Assembly: GCF_004010195.1 (NCBI RefSeq)
Contig: NC_057723.1
Location: 15,894,355-15,958,354, forward strand
Reading direction: 5' to 3'
Source: Chiloscyllium plagiosum
Taxonomy: Eukaryota
Length of the DNA stretch: 64,000 nt
Within the stretch, counting starts at the first letter, position 1, and each line of letters opens with the position of its first letter. Positions 40,035 through 53,295 of the stretch are shown here, in pieces. The notes under the pieces are model-generated. The model saw nothing but the letters and a program-made list of their open reading frames with translations. It made no database searches and had not been told where the DNA came from. Position numbers and translations under genes: made by a program.

Positions 40035-40935
40035 AAAACTTATATTTACACCGTGCCTTCCATGATCTCAGGATATTCCAAAGTGCTTTATCATACTTTT
40101 GAAATATAGTTAGGTTTTAATGCATGATACATGGCAACCAAACAATTTATATATAGCAAGATCCCAGAAACAACACTGAACAGATAATCCATATTTTTGA
40201 CATTGTTCAAGGCGAATTCCATGTTTCTCTTTGAAATTATGCGATATGAAGTTTTACATACACTGCAGAAGGCTGGGAAGGGTGTTAGGGGTGGGGGATG
40301 GTGTGGTGGTAGGGGCAGCTTTATTATTTCACCCAAACAACAGGACATAGAAACATAGCATCATAGAGATGTACAACATGCAAACAGACCCTTTGGTCCG
40401 AATCATCCTTGCCGGCCAGATATCCTAAAGTAATCGAGTCCCATTTACCAGCATTCGGTCCATATCCCTCTAAACCCTTCCTGTTCATGTACCCTTCCAG
40501 ATGCCTTCTAAATGTTGTATTTGTAACAGCCTCCACCATTTCCTCTGGCAGCTTGTTCCATACTGTACCAGACTCTGCGTGAAAACGTTGACCCCCAAGG
40601 TCTCCTATAAATCTTTTGCCTCTCAATTTAAACCAATGACCTCCATTTTTGGACTCTGCTACCCTGGGGAAAAGACATTAGCTATTCACCCTATCCCCTC
40701 ATGATTTTATAAACTTCTATAAGATCATCTCCAACGCTCCAGGGAAAGTAGCCCCAGCCTATTTAGCCTCTCCTATAGCTCAAACCCTCCAACCCTGGCA
40801 ACTGCTGATAGTGCAGCACATTCTCAGTGCTGCAGTGTCAACTAAGATTTTTGTACTTAATTCTCTAGGGTGGGATTTTAGTCTATTCCTGATTCAGAAG
40901 CAAGTGTGTTATCAAGTGAGTCAGAGCAACGCATG
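40035..40935 (-). mobile_element. Deu-domain SINE remnant interrupted by a CR1 3' end (40350-40802, -)
   Basis: SINE tail gtgccttccatgatctcagga..ccaaagtgcttta at left, head gtgcagcacattctcagtgctgcagtgtca at right; CR1 VWNKLPEEMVEA..GLEGYG between. Confidence 0.65.
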
Positions 40936-41621
40936 TCTTACCATTTAAACTGTGCTTAATTTGTCATTACATGCTGCAAAATTGATTGCTTCACTCAAGA
41001 TGTCAACTGGATGTCTGGAGGAAGTAACAGAACTGCTCCAACAGTTTTGAATCTGGTATTGGGATTAATAATTGACACGATTAATACACTCTTTCAAAAT
41101 TAGGGAAGACATTTTGGCATGGCAGAACAGTATGACATATACTGACATCCTTCCTGATCCAGGGTCTGGGCTTGAGAACTACTGATATTCCTCACCATAA
41201 CAATATTAAAAAGGAAACTAAAATTATATTTAAGAGTAACACTCACAAATAATCAGAGAGTGTTCTCTCCCCTGCAGCATAGGAACTGCAATTTTAGGCA
41301 CTGTGTGAGTTGCCATTTCAATGCTGTTGTCAGGGTCAGTGACTGCGCAGCCACTTGAAGCAGTTAGTATATGTAGAAAGAGTGTTGAGAAACCTACTGG
41401 AGAATGCTTACAGCAGAAAATAACCTTTACAGCTTTTTTTCAATTTCTGCAAAAGTGAGGCTTTCCAAATAAATCAATTGTGCTGTGGAAAATGCTACAG
41501 AAACCATCAGAAACTAGTACTGGGGAAGGTTCATACCCAAGCTATGTATTTTGCCTTTATTAATCAAATATGCTTCAGTGTACTGGATTTATTATGGAAC
41601 TTTCATGTAGTTAACAGAATG

Positions 41622-41990
41622 GTTTGGAGATGCCGGTGTTGGACTGGGGTGTACAAAGTTAAAAAATCACACAGCACCAGGTTATGGTCCAACAGGTTTA
41701 ATTGGAAGCACACTAGCTTTCGGAGCGATGCTCCTTCATCAGGTGATAGTGAAGGGCTCGATCGTAACACAGAATTTATAGCAAAAATTTAGTGTGATGT
41801 AACTGAAATCATAGATTGAAACATTGATTGTCTATTAAGCCTTTCATCTGTTAGAGTACAGTGATAGTTTCATTTCTTTCATGTGTAAATCACAAAACCT
41901 TTTTTTAAAGTTGCATTCTCGGGTTAGCTGTTAACAATGGTGATAGCTAGACAATATGTTGACGGTGTTAGCTCCCTGTGTTCTCTGTCA
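41622..41990 (-). mobile_element. PLE 3' end (fourth family) with intact HHR motif
   Basis: Same pLTR as 38718-38900; second copy at 43426-43735. Confidence 0.75.
41711..41745 (-). ncRNA. Minimal type I hammerhead ribozyme motif
   Basis: Reverse complement cac-CTGATGA-a-ggagc-atc-gctcc-GAAAGCTA-gtg: perfect stems I and II, palindromic AGCT in place of stem III. Confidence 0.8.
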
Positions 41991-42983
41991 TAGACAGTTT
42001 TTGGTCATTTTGCCTTTAATCAGTATCTTCTCGAAATGAATTGAATGGATTTGGTTTGTATAGCTCTCAAAGCTGATGCTGTTGCTCCTTTGGTTGGCTT
42101 TCTCTTCTGCCCATAAGTGAATTCATGTCAACCCTAAAAAAAAATTCAAAGCAGCAATAAAATCAGTGCTGATCTTTTAATCATTAATTCAGAATATTTA
42201 CACATCAAAGAACTAATGAGCTCTTGTCAGTTCATACAACCCAGTTGCAGAAGTGATATGATACAAAACTTTTTACGACAGCAATCTGTTGTGTGAATCA
42301 TGTCTGGTATGAATGTGTATTGAGTTAGTTTAGTGAATAGAAAAGGTAGCATTTTTATTAAGAAGAAGGTTGCATTTTATACAGGCACATAAGCGGCATT
42401 TTGCTATGCAAGACTTTTGTGCTGTAGGGTAATTGGTATTGGCATCCATATGGTGAACACTAAACCCACTTTTACAGTTGGAAGAGTATTTTCCAATACC
42501 AGGAAGGAAGATGAGAGAGGAAGTGGCTAAATGATGTCCCATCTTCTGGTTGTTGTGTGCAGAGATATTGACATGGAAGCAAAGGTATTCAACAGACAAA
42601 GCAGGAGACTAAGATGCACATCATTTACAGCATTGACAAAAATGTAAACAGCTTTGCAATTTATATAAATTCTTTGCAACTGTTAACCAGGCTTCTTGTG
42701 TTTTATCATACTTCTCACAACCAAGAAGTGCAGAGAATAACAGAAATGTGATCTAGGCAGAGAATCATGGAGAGTAATCAGAGGAGAAGCAAAGGGTGAT
42801 TTATTAGGAAGCAGTTTATGGCTGGATTATCAGGAAGATCAAGTTGAAGTGTAATTAGAACAAAGTACATTGGAGAGTTGCCAGAGTAATTTGTGTTGTA
42901 ATTTGTTCATCGATGGAAAAGGAAAGCCATTGCATGATTTCAAAAATACTTGCAGGTAGAAAAGGTAAAAGTGATTCAACCAG

Positions 42984-43388
42984 AAGCCGCAAGACAGCAG
43001 GTTATAGTCCAACAGGTTTAATTGAAAACACCAGCTTTTGGAGTGCTGCTCCTTCATCACCTGATGTCATAGATTATAGAGATGTAGAGCACAGAAACAG
43101 CCCCTTTGGTCCAACTCGTACATACCAACCCAATCTAGTCCCAACTGCCAGCACCTGGCCCATATCCCTCCAAACCCTTCCTATTCATATACCCATCCAG
43201 ATGCCTTTTAAATGTTGCAATTGTATGAGCCTGCACCACCTTCTCTGTCAGCTCATTCCATACATGTACCACCCTCTACGTGAAAAAGTTGTCCTTTAGG
43301 TCTCTTTCATACCTTTTCCCATTCACCCTAATGATGTCCTGTGACTTCTGACTTTGTCTACCTCAGTCCAACACCAGCACTCCACATA
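42984..43388. mobile_element. Inverted PLE pair with a CR1 3' end (43066-43330, -) at its centre
   Basis: TSD tgattcaaccag at ~42972-42983 / ~43389-43400; left arm to gctccttcatcacctgatg, right-arm tail actttgtctacctcagtccaacacc. Confidence 0.65.
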
Positions 43389-43425
43389 TGATTCAACCAG
43401 GACAGCTGTTGAATAATATCATATA

Positions 43426-43735
43426 TGTGGAGGATCTGATGTTGGACTGGGGTGGACAAAGTCAGAAGTTACAGGACTCCAGGTTATTCCCCAACAGGTT
43501 TATTTTGAAGTACTTGCTTTCAGAGCACTGCTCCTTCATCAGATAACTAGTGGGGCAGGATCATAAGACACAGAATTTATAGCAAAAGATCACAGTGTCA
43601 TGCAATTAAAACAACATTGTGAACAAACCTAGATTACTGTTAAGTATTTCCTATTTTAGAATGGGTTGCAGATTTCGATTCATTAATATATAAATCCCAG
43701 AACTTCTTTAAAGTCACATTCTTGAGATAACCCAG
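43426..43735 (-). mobile_element. PLE 3' end (fourth family), older copy
   Basis: Collinear with 41622-41880, including acacagaatttatagcaaaa. Confidence 0.7.
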
Positions 43736-43796
43736 AGAAAGAGCTTGGATGGGAAACTACTGCTAAGGAATGGTGACTTGAAAAGTTATCCTTTGG

Positions 43797-44009
43797 AGAA
43801 AGTGAGGACTGCAGATGCTGGAGATCAGAGTCAAAATGTGTGACACTGGAAACGCACAGCAGGTCAGGCAGCATCCGCAGAGCAGGAGAGTTGATGTTTC
43901 GGGCATAAGCCCTTCACATTTCTGATGAATGGCTTATGCCTGAAACAATAATTCTCCTGCTCTTTGGATGCTGCCTGATCTGCTGTGCTTTTCCAGCGCC
44001 ACACTTTTC
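43797..44009. mobile_element. Inverted PLE pLTR pair
   Basis: 15-bp TSD aaagttatcctttgg 43782-43796 / 44010-44024; left arm carries the extra 3' tail, arms meet at the HHR core (gcccttcacatttctgatga). Confidence 0.9.
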
Positions 44010-44495
44010 AAAGTTATCCTTTGGCACTGGAGGGCGCAGGCTGTGGGGAAGGGGGCATGACATTTGTGAGGCAGGGGGTCAATAGTATCTGCAAGGGGGA
44101 TATTTTAATGAATGGTTGGGAAGGCAACACAAGGGAGTCAGGCACCTCCATAGACAGGAGCATCCATCTTCAAGGCAAGGAAATGCCTGATCCCGCTTGG
44201 TACAATCACTTCATATTCCAGGGGCTCGGGGTAAAGGTGGCAGGTGGAGGCTGGTGTAGGCAGACTGTGTGGAGCTGGGGAGGTGTGAAGCCAATGAGGT
44301 TTACAGGAAGGGCTATCAGGAAGGTGATATGGATGTTCAGAGTCTCACAGACATAGAGTCATAGAGATGTGCAGCATAGAAACAGATCCTTTGGTCCAAT
44401 CCGTCCATACCGACCAGATATTCCAACCCAATCTAGTCCCACCTGTCAGCACCTGGCCATGTTGTGGTGAGGCTGAAAACCACTGTCATCTTCTA

Positions 44496-44669
44496 CAGAG
44501 GAATCTTGATTATCTGGTATTTGATTAACCAAATTTTGGATTATTCAAACAAGATCTCAAGGTCCTAATACTTGGCTAACTAAGTTATCTGGCATTTGAT
44601 TATCCATCATTCTATTAACCGAGTGAAATACTCCCCGCCCATGTCCTTCGGATAATCGACGTTCCTCTG
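44496..44669. mobile_element. Tc1/mariner (pogo/Tigger-like) MITE
   Basis: TA TSD both sides; TIRs cagaggaatcttgattatctg / cggataatcgacgttcctctg; internal repeats of the TIR motif. Confidence 0.75.
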
Positions 44670-46039
44670 TATATCACTAGAAATCAAAATCACAAATGGG
44701 AAGAAAATGTCCATGAGCACATTTGGATTGAATAGATTAAGTGTCTTGACCTAGAGTCATAGAGATGTACAGCACGGAAACAGACCCTTCAGTCCAACCC
44801 GTCCATACCAACCAGATATCCCAACCCAACCTAATCCCTCCTGCCAGTACCCGGCCCATATCCCTCCAAACCTGTGAGGGAGGGAGCTGGAAGACCATTG
44901 TTATGATGTTGTTTAAATGGGAACAGCATGACATGCAGATCCATTCACTGCAGTGGACTGGGACCTGGGTGTTCCCTAATCCCTGACCATGCTAATGCAC
45001 TGCCCGAGCCCCCTCTTTGCTGCACACCTCTCTGTCCCAGACATTGGTGACCAACTCATTCACAACAACACTCAGAAGCCATGAAAAGAACAGGGTTGTT
45101 GTTGGATGAGAGCCAAAGGTGCCAGCAGGACCCATTCCTTTGGGTACACTTTCAGACACTGCAGCAGGCTCTCCCCACAGACATCGATGCAATCTACATC
45201 CTGTATGGGTATGACGCTCTGCATCATGCTGGAACAGTAACATTCACTTCATGGCAAGATGGCGCCGGATGTGGTCGACTCATTGCGAGCTCCTGCATGC
45301 AGATCTAAGTTTCTTATTTCCTCCAATCGTTCTATATTCTTCAAACTTAATAGCATGCTTTTAAAAATTACTACCTAATATTTACTATCTATGCTACTTA
45401 ACCCTGTGATCTGCCTGTATTGCTCACAAGACAAAGCTTTTCACTGTGCCTTGGTACATGTGACAATAAATTCAATTCAATGCAATCCAAGTCATGGCTA
45501 CACAGAGAGACAAACAGCCAGATGTAAGGTCAAAGCAGTGCCATCTACAAAAAAAGTGCCAAATAACATACACTGCTTTGTCATCCGAGCCATCAAAGTG
45601 TCCTTATTTTGTTTTCTTCTTCCTATCAGATTTGCAATGGAATAGAGATGGTATCTGCACATTTGGTGAAACATGGATGTTTCAGCATCCCTATAGGAGT
45701 GAGTAAATCTTCTTAAGGACCAGGATTTTCTCCTTGTAGGAAAGAAGGAGCCTAATTTCTGGCACTGCCCCACCTGCACTTTGCCTTTTAAGGATTGTTT
45801 ATTCCTGGAATGAGAGAGAAAGGGAGGAACTGAGTGAGATGGAAGGTGGCTGCATACTTGTTACTGCTGATGCTGGTGGGTGAAATGTGGTGATGCATCC
45901 CAAGGAAGAGCAGGCTGCTTCTACTGTTTGCAAGGTTACAGGTGTGGGAGGGCAGGGCTAAGGGTAGGTGATGGATGATGTTGCCTGTAACAGTGAGAGT
46001 GGCAGAGCATGAAAGCTGATGGGAGTTGGGTGCAGCAAC

Positions 46040-46290
46040 AGCAATGACCCTCACACAGGGGAGAAGGTCATTGATCTTCTCATGGCATTGCTGGGCATTC
46101 CTCCACATCTTGGAGATGATACTGACCCAGGTTATGACTTCGGGCCAGGCTGCCACGGTCAGGCGTGGTGTGTCCTCCTCTGCCAGCCTGCCAGGAACAG
46201 GCTTTCTCTCCTTTGCACTATTCTTTCACCTGGGTCCACTAGATCCTTGTCAGAGATTCATGGTGCCATCTTGCCCTTCTCCAACATCTT
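46040..46290 (-). mobile_element. Harbinger ORF2 Myb/SANT-like domain remnant
   Basis: AAWPEVITWVSIISKMWRNAQQCHEKINDLL fits AW.EVA..V......R...QC.KK.NDL; similar INDLLRPGK|gtgagt relic on + at ~52705-52766. Confidence 0.6.
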
Positions 46291-46532
46291 GTGCTTACTT
46301 CCTTAACTAACCATGGCATCTTTGACATGTCAGTGATCATCTGGGTGCGATGCAACCTTTTCTAGATGGTACTGATGCAAAGGGCAACATTCATTTAGCT
46401 GACATCCTCTGGGTGTTGACTTGTTCCGGGAAAGGTGCGTGGTAAACTAAAGTTGGTATTGGATGGAACTGATACCAGGGGGCTGAGCAGCTGCTTAATG
46501 AGGAAAGTACGGTAAGATACGATGGGAACTCT

Positions 46533-47032
46533 NNNNNNNNNNNNNNNNNNNNNNNNNNNNNNNNNNNNNNNNNNNNNNNNNNNNNNNNNNNNNNNNNNNN
46601 NNNNNNNNNNNNNNNNNNNNNNNNNNNNNNNNNNNNNNNNNNNNNNNNNNNNNNNNNNNNNNNNNNNNNNNNNNNNNNNNNNNNNNNNNNNNNNNNNNNN
46701 NNNNNNNNNNNNNNNNNNNNNNNNNNNNNNNNNNNNNNNNNNNNNNNNNNNNNNNNNNNNNNNNNNNNNNNNNNNNNNNNNNNNNNNNNNNNNNNNNNNN
46801 NNNNNNNNNNNNNNNNNNNNNNNNNNNNNNNNNNNNNNNNNNNNNNNNNNNNNNNNNNNNNNNNNNNNNNNNNNNNNNNNNNNNNNNNNNNNNNNNNNNN
46901 NNNNNNNNNNNNNNNNNNNNNNNNNNNNNNNNNNNNNNNNNNNNNNNNNNNNNNNNNNNNNNNNNNNNNNNNNNNNNNNNNNNNNNNNNNNNNNNNNNNN
47001 NNNNNNNNNNNNNNNNNNNNNNNNNNNNNNNN
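46533..47032. other. Assembly gap (500 N)
   Basis: Run of N. Confidence 1.
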
Positions 47033-47799
47033 CAGTTCTGTACTATACTTTACTATCCAAATTTAAAAGCAACCTTTTCAAACCCATTATTGCATTTTCA
47101 AACGTTATGAGCCCTTGCTACAAGAAGTGTTTACCTCTGAATAAGTGTAACATACAGAACAATACCATCCCCATCAGTCTTTACGCAACATTATAGTTTT
47201 AATTATCCCTTACCAACCATCTCCTGGACCTGAATAGATTTCCTATTAAATAACTTTTAATTGGGTCATTATCCCTTTAAGAAACTAACTGACAAAACAG
47301 CACTTCTATGAATTGCATGAATGAAACTCACACCGGCAAATAGTTTACCAACCTCACCAGGCAGCTGCAGTAATCAGTTTAATATCGTTTATTCTTTTAT
47401 TGAGTATAGGTACAATTTCTAACTTATTCAGGGCATGTAAGCCTGGTATTTTTTCTCACATTTGCTAACTTAAAAGTCAAAAAGACTAACACCTCCTAAT
47501 TATGCAAGCAAACCGGACAGACATCCAATTAGGAGTAGCCAACACTTAGCACATTTTAGCCCATCTCCTGTCTCCCAGGATAGAAGCCCTTCAAACTTTT
47601 GTGTACTATAGATAAAAGAATGTAACGCCATTGTAATAGAATTTTACTACATGCAAGAACTGTGTATAAAGGGGATCTTGTAAGAGCTGTATTTTGGGAT
47701 TCTATTGCCACCTTGAACTTGTGCTGTGATTGCTAAATAAAAGAGGCTATTTTCGCCACTCAATGGTTTCAGTCGTTATTTGAACACGATCCCACACCA
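47033..47799 (+). mobile_element. Probable LTR (ERV-like), left end lost in the gap
   Basis: ccaat, tataaag (~47665), aataaa (~47735) in LTR order, ending ..cccacacca. Confidence 0.45.
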
Positions 47800-49419
47800 T
47801 CTCAAAAAAAAAGAATTTATTTCAAATCATGATTATTTTCCATTGAACTCTGTCCCTTTCAAGCATCATTAAGGCTGAAAGTCTCAGTAAATATTGAAGG
47901 AAGAACTGATCAAATAAACATAATGGGGTGCCAGCTTTTGTCCAATCTTCATGTGCAATTTGAAGTATACAGTGTGTGGCAATACAATGAAGTAAATGCT
48001 GAAAGAGTTATTTGTAATGCCAAGAAGCACATCTGTGGCAACTAATGATCCCTGATTCTAAATAAGATGGATAGCTCTCAGTGATACCTGTTCTGTTCCT
48101 AATCTTAAGCGCGGAAGGTGGCCATTTGGCTGAGTATGCCTGTAGTGCCAACTCTTTGTAAGAACTATGCAGTTAGTCTTCCTTCCTTATTTTCAAGCTG
48201 AAAGCCTGCAAGCCTATTCTTCTTCAAGCATATAATCAATTTGAAAGTTACCATTGAATCTGTTTGACCACTTTCTTTTCAGTTCAGATTGTCACAACTT
48301 GTTACACAAAGAATTTTTCCCTTGCTCCTTTCGTTTATTTTTTGTCAATTCTCTTAAATCTCTCTCCTCAGGTTACTCACTAAGTTTCATTCCAAGTAAC
48401 AAATGACCTTAGTTTTGAGTTGAACATTGACCCATTGTGGATTGAAATTTGAAATTAGTAGGCTACTCAGCTCAAATTTTATGGTGGCGTTTTTGTCATG
48501 GATAATGCCTAAGGTTCTAGTAAGGGGCAGGTTATCTGTAGAATGAAATCTATCCAATTTTTATTTGACAAGGGACAATTTGTCCAGATTGGTCACAATG
48601 GCTTCATAGTGAAATTCCAGTGACTGAGGGTAGAAAATTGTATAAGTTACTCTGAAACCTTTCTCTGGCAGTGAGGCAGAGAATAAAGTTGGCAAACAAT
48701 GAACAGATGTATTAAAATTGCATGTTAATGATGGGAAAATTTCATATATCTCCTCTCATTAGTAATACTGAGCACTGGATATATTGGTACACTGAAGATC
48801 TCTAGTATCTCCATGGTGGGTGAGTGGGATGGAGGGGGGTGTGGTTAGCCTTTAAATTGTCTAATCTCTGCACTCACCAAGGCCAGACCCCATCCCCAAA
48901 GATGTGTGATTGGTTGTAGGACAATTGATTGGAAATCTGACACTTTATTGTTTCTGAAATTTGAACAGGAAGGTTTCTTCAGCTGCCGTCAGGACAGAAA
49001 GTCCACTCTATGCTGTCGGGTCCCAATACTCTCTGAATCCAAGGAAATCCAGGAAATCCAGCCAGAATTACAGCTAAAACATTTCATCAGAGGCCAAAAG
49101 GAAGAAGCTGACCACAACAGCGGCTGAGGCAAGGTTTGTTAGCATTGGACTGGGAGGAAAAGTCCTGTCTGAAGTCACAATCAAATCCAGTGCACTTCCC
49201 TGCTTCCACTCCAAGTAACCAGAAGATGCTGCTTAGGTCCCCAGCTCAAGACCCTCTTGACCAAAATGCAACATTTAACTGGCTGAGGTATGAGCCACAT
49301 AATCTGAACTCTATGTTTATATTATTGTATTGTAGACATTGTGATTCAGATTTCACAAGTGATGCAATAACATTCCATCTTAAAACAGTAAGTATAATGA
49401 GGAGTCTTCAGTGTTCAAA

Positions 49420-50030
49420 GATATAAACATAGAAACAAGAAGCAGGAATAAGCTATTTGGCTTATTGAGCCTGCTCTGCCATTCAACATAGAACATAGAA
49501 CAATACAGCGCAGAACAGGACCTTCGGCCCTCAATGTTGCGCCGACGTGTGAACTATTTTCAGCTCATCCCCCTACACTAACCCATCATCATCCATATTC
49601 TTATCCAAGGATTGCTTAAATATGATCATAGTTACTCCTCTATTTTATTACCATATTCCCTTTCCCTTCCTATGTCCCTTGACACCTTTAGCTTCTAGAA
49701 ATCCATTTCTTTCTTAGATATATTCAGTGTCTGGAAAACTATTTCATTTTCCAACCCATTCAGTGACTTTAACTCCAGAGCCTTCTGAATTCCACAGGTC
49801 CACCATGCTCTGAGTGAAGACATTTCTCCTCATCTCAGTCCAAAATGAACAGTCATGAATTCATCTGAGACCATGAGCCTTCATTTTAGACCCACTGACC
49901 AGAGGAAACATCCTTTCCTCATCCAGTCTGTCCAGACTTGCCAACATTTTATACATTTTAATAAGATCCCCTCTCATTCTTCTAAACATCATGAATACAT
50001 CCTGCTGCTCTCAATCATTTCTCAAATAAC
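49420..50030 (-). mobile_element. Decayed CR1 3' end with a second CR1-type tail nested at ~49488-49620
   Basis: catagaaacaagaagcagga..; nested (catagaa)n caatacagcgcagaacagg. Confidence 0.65.
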
Positions 50031-50164
50031 AAACTTGTCAACTCAGGTTTGTAATTTGCACCATATATTCTACCTTTCATCTTGGTGCATTCTAAACTAT
50101 TATGATATCCTCTTCATAAGTGTAATAAGCTCTCTTTGTTTGTGCTTTATGCAATTATAACTGA

Positions 50165-51117
50165 CCATAAGATCATCAGACATAGAAGCAGAAGTTAGGC
50201 CATTCAGCCCATCAAATCTGTTCCGTTTTTCAATCATGGTCTATTTTCAAACCCATTTTCTCCGCTTTCTCCCTGTAACCTTTGATCCCCTTGGCAATCA
50301 AAAACTTATCTATTGCTGTTTTAAATAAATTCAATGACATGGCCTCCTCAGCCTTCTGTGGCAATGAATTTCACAGATTCACCACTCTCTGGCTGAAGAA
50401 GTTTCTCCTTATCTTCATTCTAATGGGTCTTCCCTTTACTCTCAGACTGTACCCTCAGGTCCTTGTTTCTCTTGTCAATTGAAACATCTTCACAATGTCC
50501 ACTCTGTCCAGGCTGTTTCTGAAAGTATTCTGAAAGTTTCAGTCAGATCACCCCTCATCCTTCTAAACTCTATTGAATATAATCCCACAGTCTTCAAACG
50601 TTCCTCATATGTTCAGCGTTTCATTCCTGGGATCATTCTTGTGAATCTCCTCTGGACCTGCTCCAGAACCAATACATCCTTCCTGAGGTATGGGGCCCAA
50701 AATTGCTCTCAATATTCTAAATGTGGTCTGACCAGAGCCTTATAAAGCTCAAGAAGTAAATCCCTGCTTTTATATTCTAATCCCCTCAAGATGAATGACA
50801 ACACTGTATTTCCCTTTCTAACAATGGGCTCAACCTGCAAGTTTATCTTAAAAGAAACCTGGACTAGGACTCCCAATTCTCTTTGCACTTCAGATTTCTG
50901 AATTTTCTCCCCATTTAGAAAATAGTCCATGTCTCTATTCTTCCTACTAATTTGCATAACCTCACATTTTTCCACGTTGTATTTTATCTGCCACTTGTTT
51001 GCCCACTCTCCTAACCTTCTACATCTTTCTGCAGCCTCCCCACCTCCTCAATACTACCTGCCTTTGTATTATGTGCAAACTTAACTAGAATGCTGTCAGT
51101 TCCTTCATCCAGATCAT
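50165..51117 (-). mobile_element. CR1 LINE 3' portion, same subfamily as 1135-2693
   Basis: KCEVMQI..DYFLNGEKIQKSEVQRELGV..LYKALVRPHLEY. Confidence 0.93.
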
Positions 51118-51390
51118 AATGTCGGTGAGAAGCTTATTGGGAGGAGATATTTTGAGCAAAATGAAATTATAAAGTTTTATTTCTCTGAGGAGCTGAATAT
51201 GAATAGATGGGCTGTGGACAGCAAACTCCATTCAAAAAGCTCTCTAGCAGTTTATCCAGTTAAATAACTAAAATGTCTTCAGCTGCAACTAATTCAAGAA
51301 CTAAAACAAAATGTTTGCATACATGATATCACAACACAGAAATTAAGATCAACAGGTTCCACCTCAACAGAGATCCACGTAAGAAACAAG

Positions 51391-51484
51391 CTCTGAGGAA
51401 GGGTCACCTGACCTGAAATGTTAACTCTGATTTCTGCTCACAGATGCTCCCACACCTGCCAGTTCCAGTAATTCTTGTTTCTGT
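51391..51484 (+). mobile_element. 94-bp PLE pLTR fragment starting at the HHR
   Basis: ctCTGAGGAagggtcacctgacctGAAATGTTa; 12-bp TSD gtaagaaacaag 51379-51390 / 51485-51496. Confidence 0.8.
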
Positions 51485-53167
51485 GTAAGAAACAAGTGTG
51501 ATGTAACTTGACCAAATTGAAAAAAAATGACCAATTTTATATCAGCATGCATTGGCAAAGGCCAAACACTAGTCAAAGTGAAATCACTTACTGAAGTCAG
51601 CAGCCTGCTTTATCATAAATAAACAGACTCACTGGATGCTGATTGAAAAGCTAGGCTTTCAGCCCCTGGAATATCTGGCTGTGAAGCCCAACAGTCATAA
51701 AGTAACCTGAAACTGACAAAGAACTTTATTTTGAAAGTGTGTTTCACTTTGATTCAAAGTTAGAACAATAATGAAATTTCATGTTTCAATAATCCTGAAA
51801 AGAAATGAAACAAAGTACTAAATTTTCAATCCTGTTCAGGAACCAAAACCCTGATCATTCCTGGATCCTGACATTGTGCATGTCAGCATTAATGGTGCGT
51901 CATGAGGCCTTAATAATCTGCAAAGTGAGTATAGCATCTGATTAGTGGCCCTGGATGTGGCCTGGGGCAGGACTTTATTACAACAGGTGAGTGAACAAGG
52001 CAAGTGACTAAACTTGCTGCACTCTGGAGGTGTCAGCTGGAAGATGCTTAAAGGGCCAGCACTGGTTTGATCAGGTGTCTCAGGATGCTATGATATTTCA
52101 CCGATGTCTTGAGTATTTCTCAGGATATGTCTTTGAGAGGCAGTTCTGCTCTTTCCTCTGGTCAGAAGAAGATATTTTCCCAGCCCGAACAAGATGGCAA
52201 AGACTAAGAAGGTAAGCAGCATGGGACATTATTCGGAAGATGTGGCTCCAGAGTTGAAGTTAATTTTCAGATACATTGAGTCTTTGTGCCTTGAGCATTA
52301 GCCTGGGCTTCTGGATTACTCATGAGGTGGTATTATCAATGTGTCATGACCTTCCAGCAGTTGTGCAGCTACAGTGCACATTAGGCAGATTTGGCTTCCA
52401 TGCCCTTGACATGTCAATTAAGCCATTGAAAGCATCTGTTCTGGACAGTCTTCAATCTCGCCATCCTGTCTTCTCCATAGAGGTGACTGTGTGGAACTGC
52501 TATACAACAGCAAACTTCTGAGACGCCTCACTTTCATATCACACTCTCCTTTCCAACAGGCTGAAAGAGAGAAGACTTTTGGGAAGGTTGCTTTCCCTCA
52601 CACATTCCAAAATGGAATTGAAATGTGATATTGTGTTGCTTAGTTTCTGACTCAATTGTGATCCATATATGAGGGTTGCTGATGTCTCATTTATACAAGA
52701 GGCCATTTGATGGAAACAATTAGATAGAAAATTATCAATGATCTTCTAAGGCCTGGAAAGGTGAGTGACAAGCAACACTTGGTTGACAGGCCTTTAATTC
52801 TGTGGATACAAATAGACACATGAGCTAAGTAGAATGAGAATCCGTAGATTTCCATAACATTACTTAATCAGTTGAATGCTTCCACCAATGAGTCATATGT
52901 CAGAGTGAGACATGGCTTGAATAATTATAAGTTTTATTTTTCTCTGTTTAATTATCAGGGAGATTTGTCACTGAACATATTCTCAAAAGTCTGCCATTAC
53001 ACCTTTAACAAACGAACATGAAATATACCACACAAATGAGAAACAAACAAACATAGGGCAGAAATTTACTAAAAACAGCTAAGTGTGAATTTCAGTTTGC
53101 TGGGGGGTTTATTTTCCTAAACACACATCAGTTATTTCTCAGCATTGTCTGTCGATAACCTCATTAT

Positions 53168-53294
53168 TCTGGATCAGTGGTGCTGGAAGAGCACAGCAAT
53201 TCAGGCAGCATCCGACGAGCAGCAAAATTGACGTTTCGGGCAAAAGCCCTTCATCAGGAATAAAGGCAGAGAGCCTGAAGCGTGGAGAGATAAG
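53168..53294 (-). mobile_element. Young PLE pLTR (left inverted arm) with HHR
   Basis: 127 bp, 3 differences from the reverse complement of 55843-55969. Confidence 0.9.
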
Positions 53295-53295
53295 G

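Noticed and set aside
42040-42135. Strong minus-strand acceptor (tttttttttag|G) suggesting an exon
   Set aside because: All three frames stop within about 22 codons, no recognisable product and no clear donor
46522-47196. 224-aa ORF (and the 109/146-aa ORFs at 55554-56079)
   Set aside because: Artefacts of reading through N runs
52123-52218. Possible small exon ending AAG|gtaagc
   Set aside because: Unrecognisable peptide, weak acceptor, adjacent to Harbinger-derived decayed sequence
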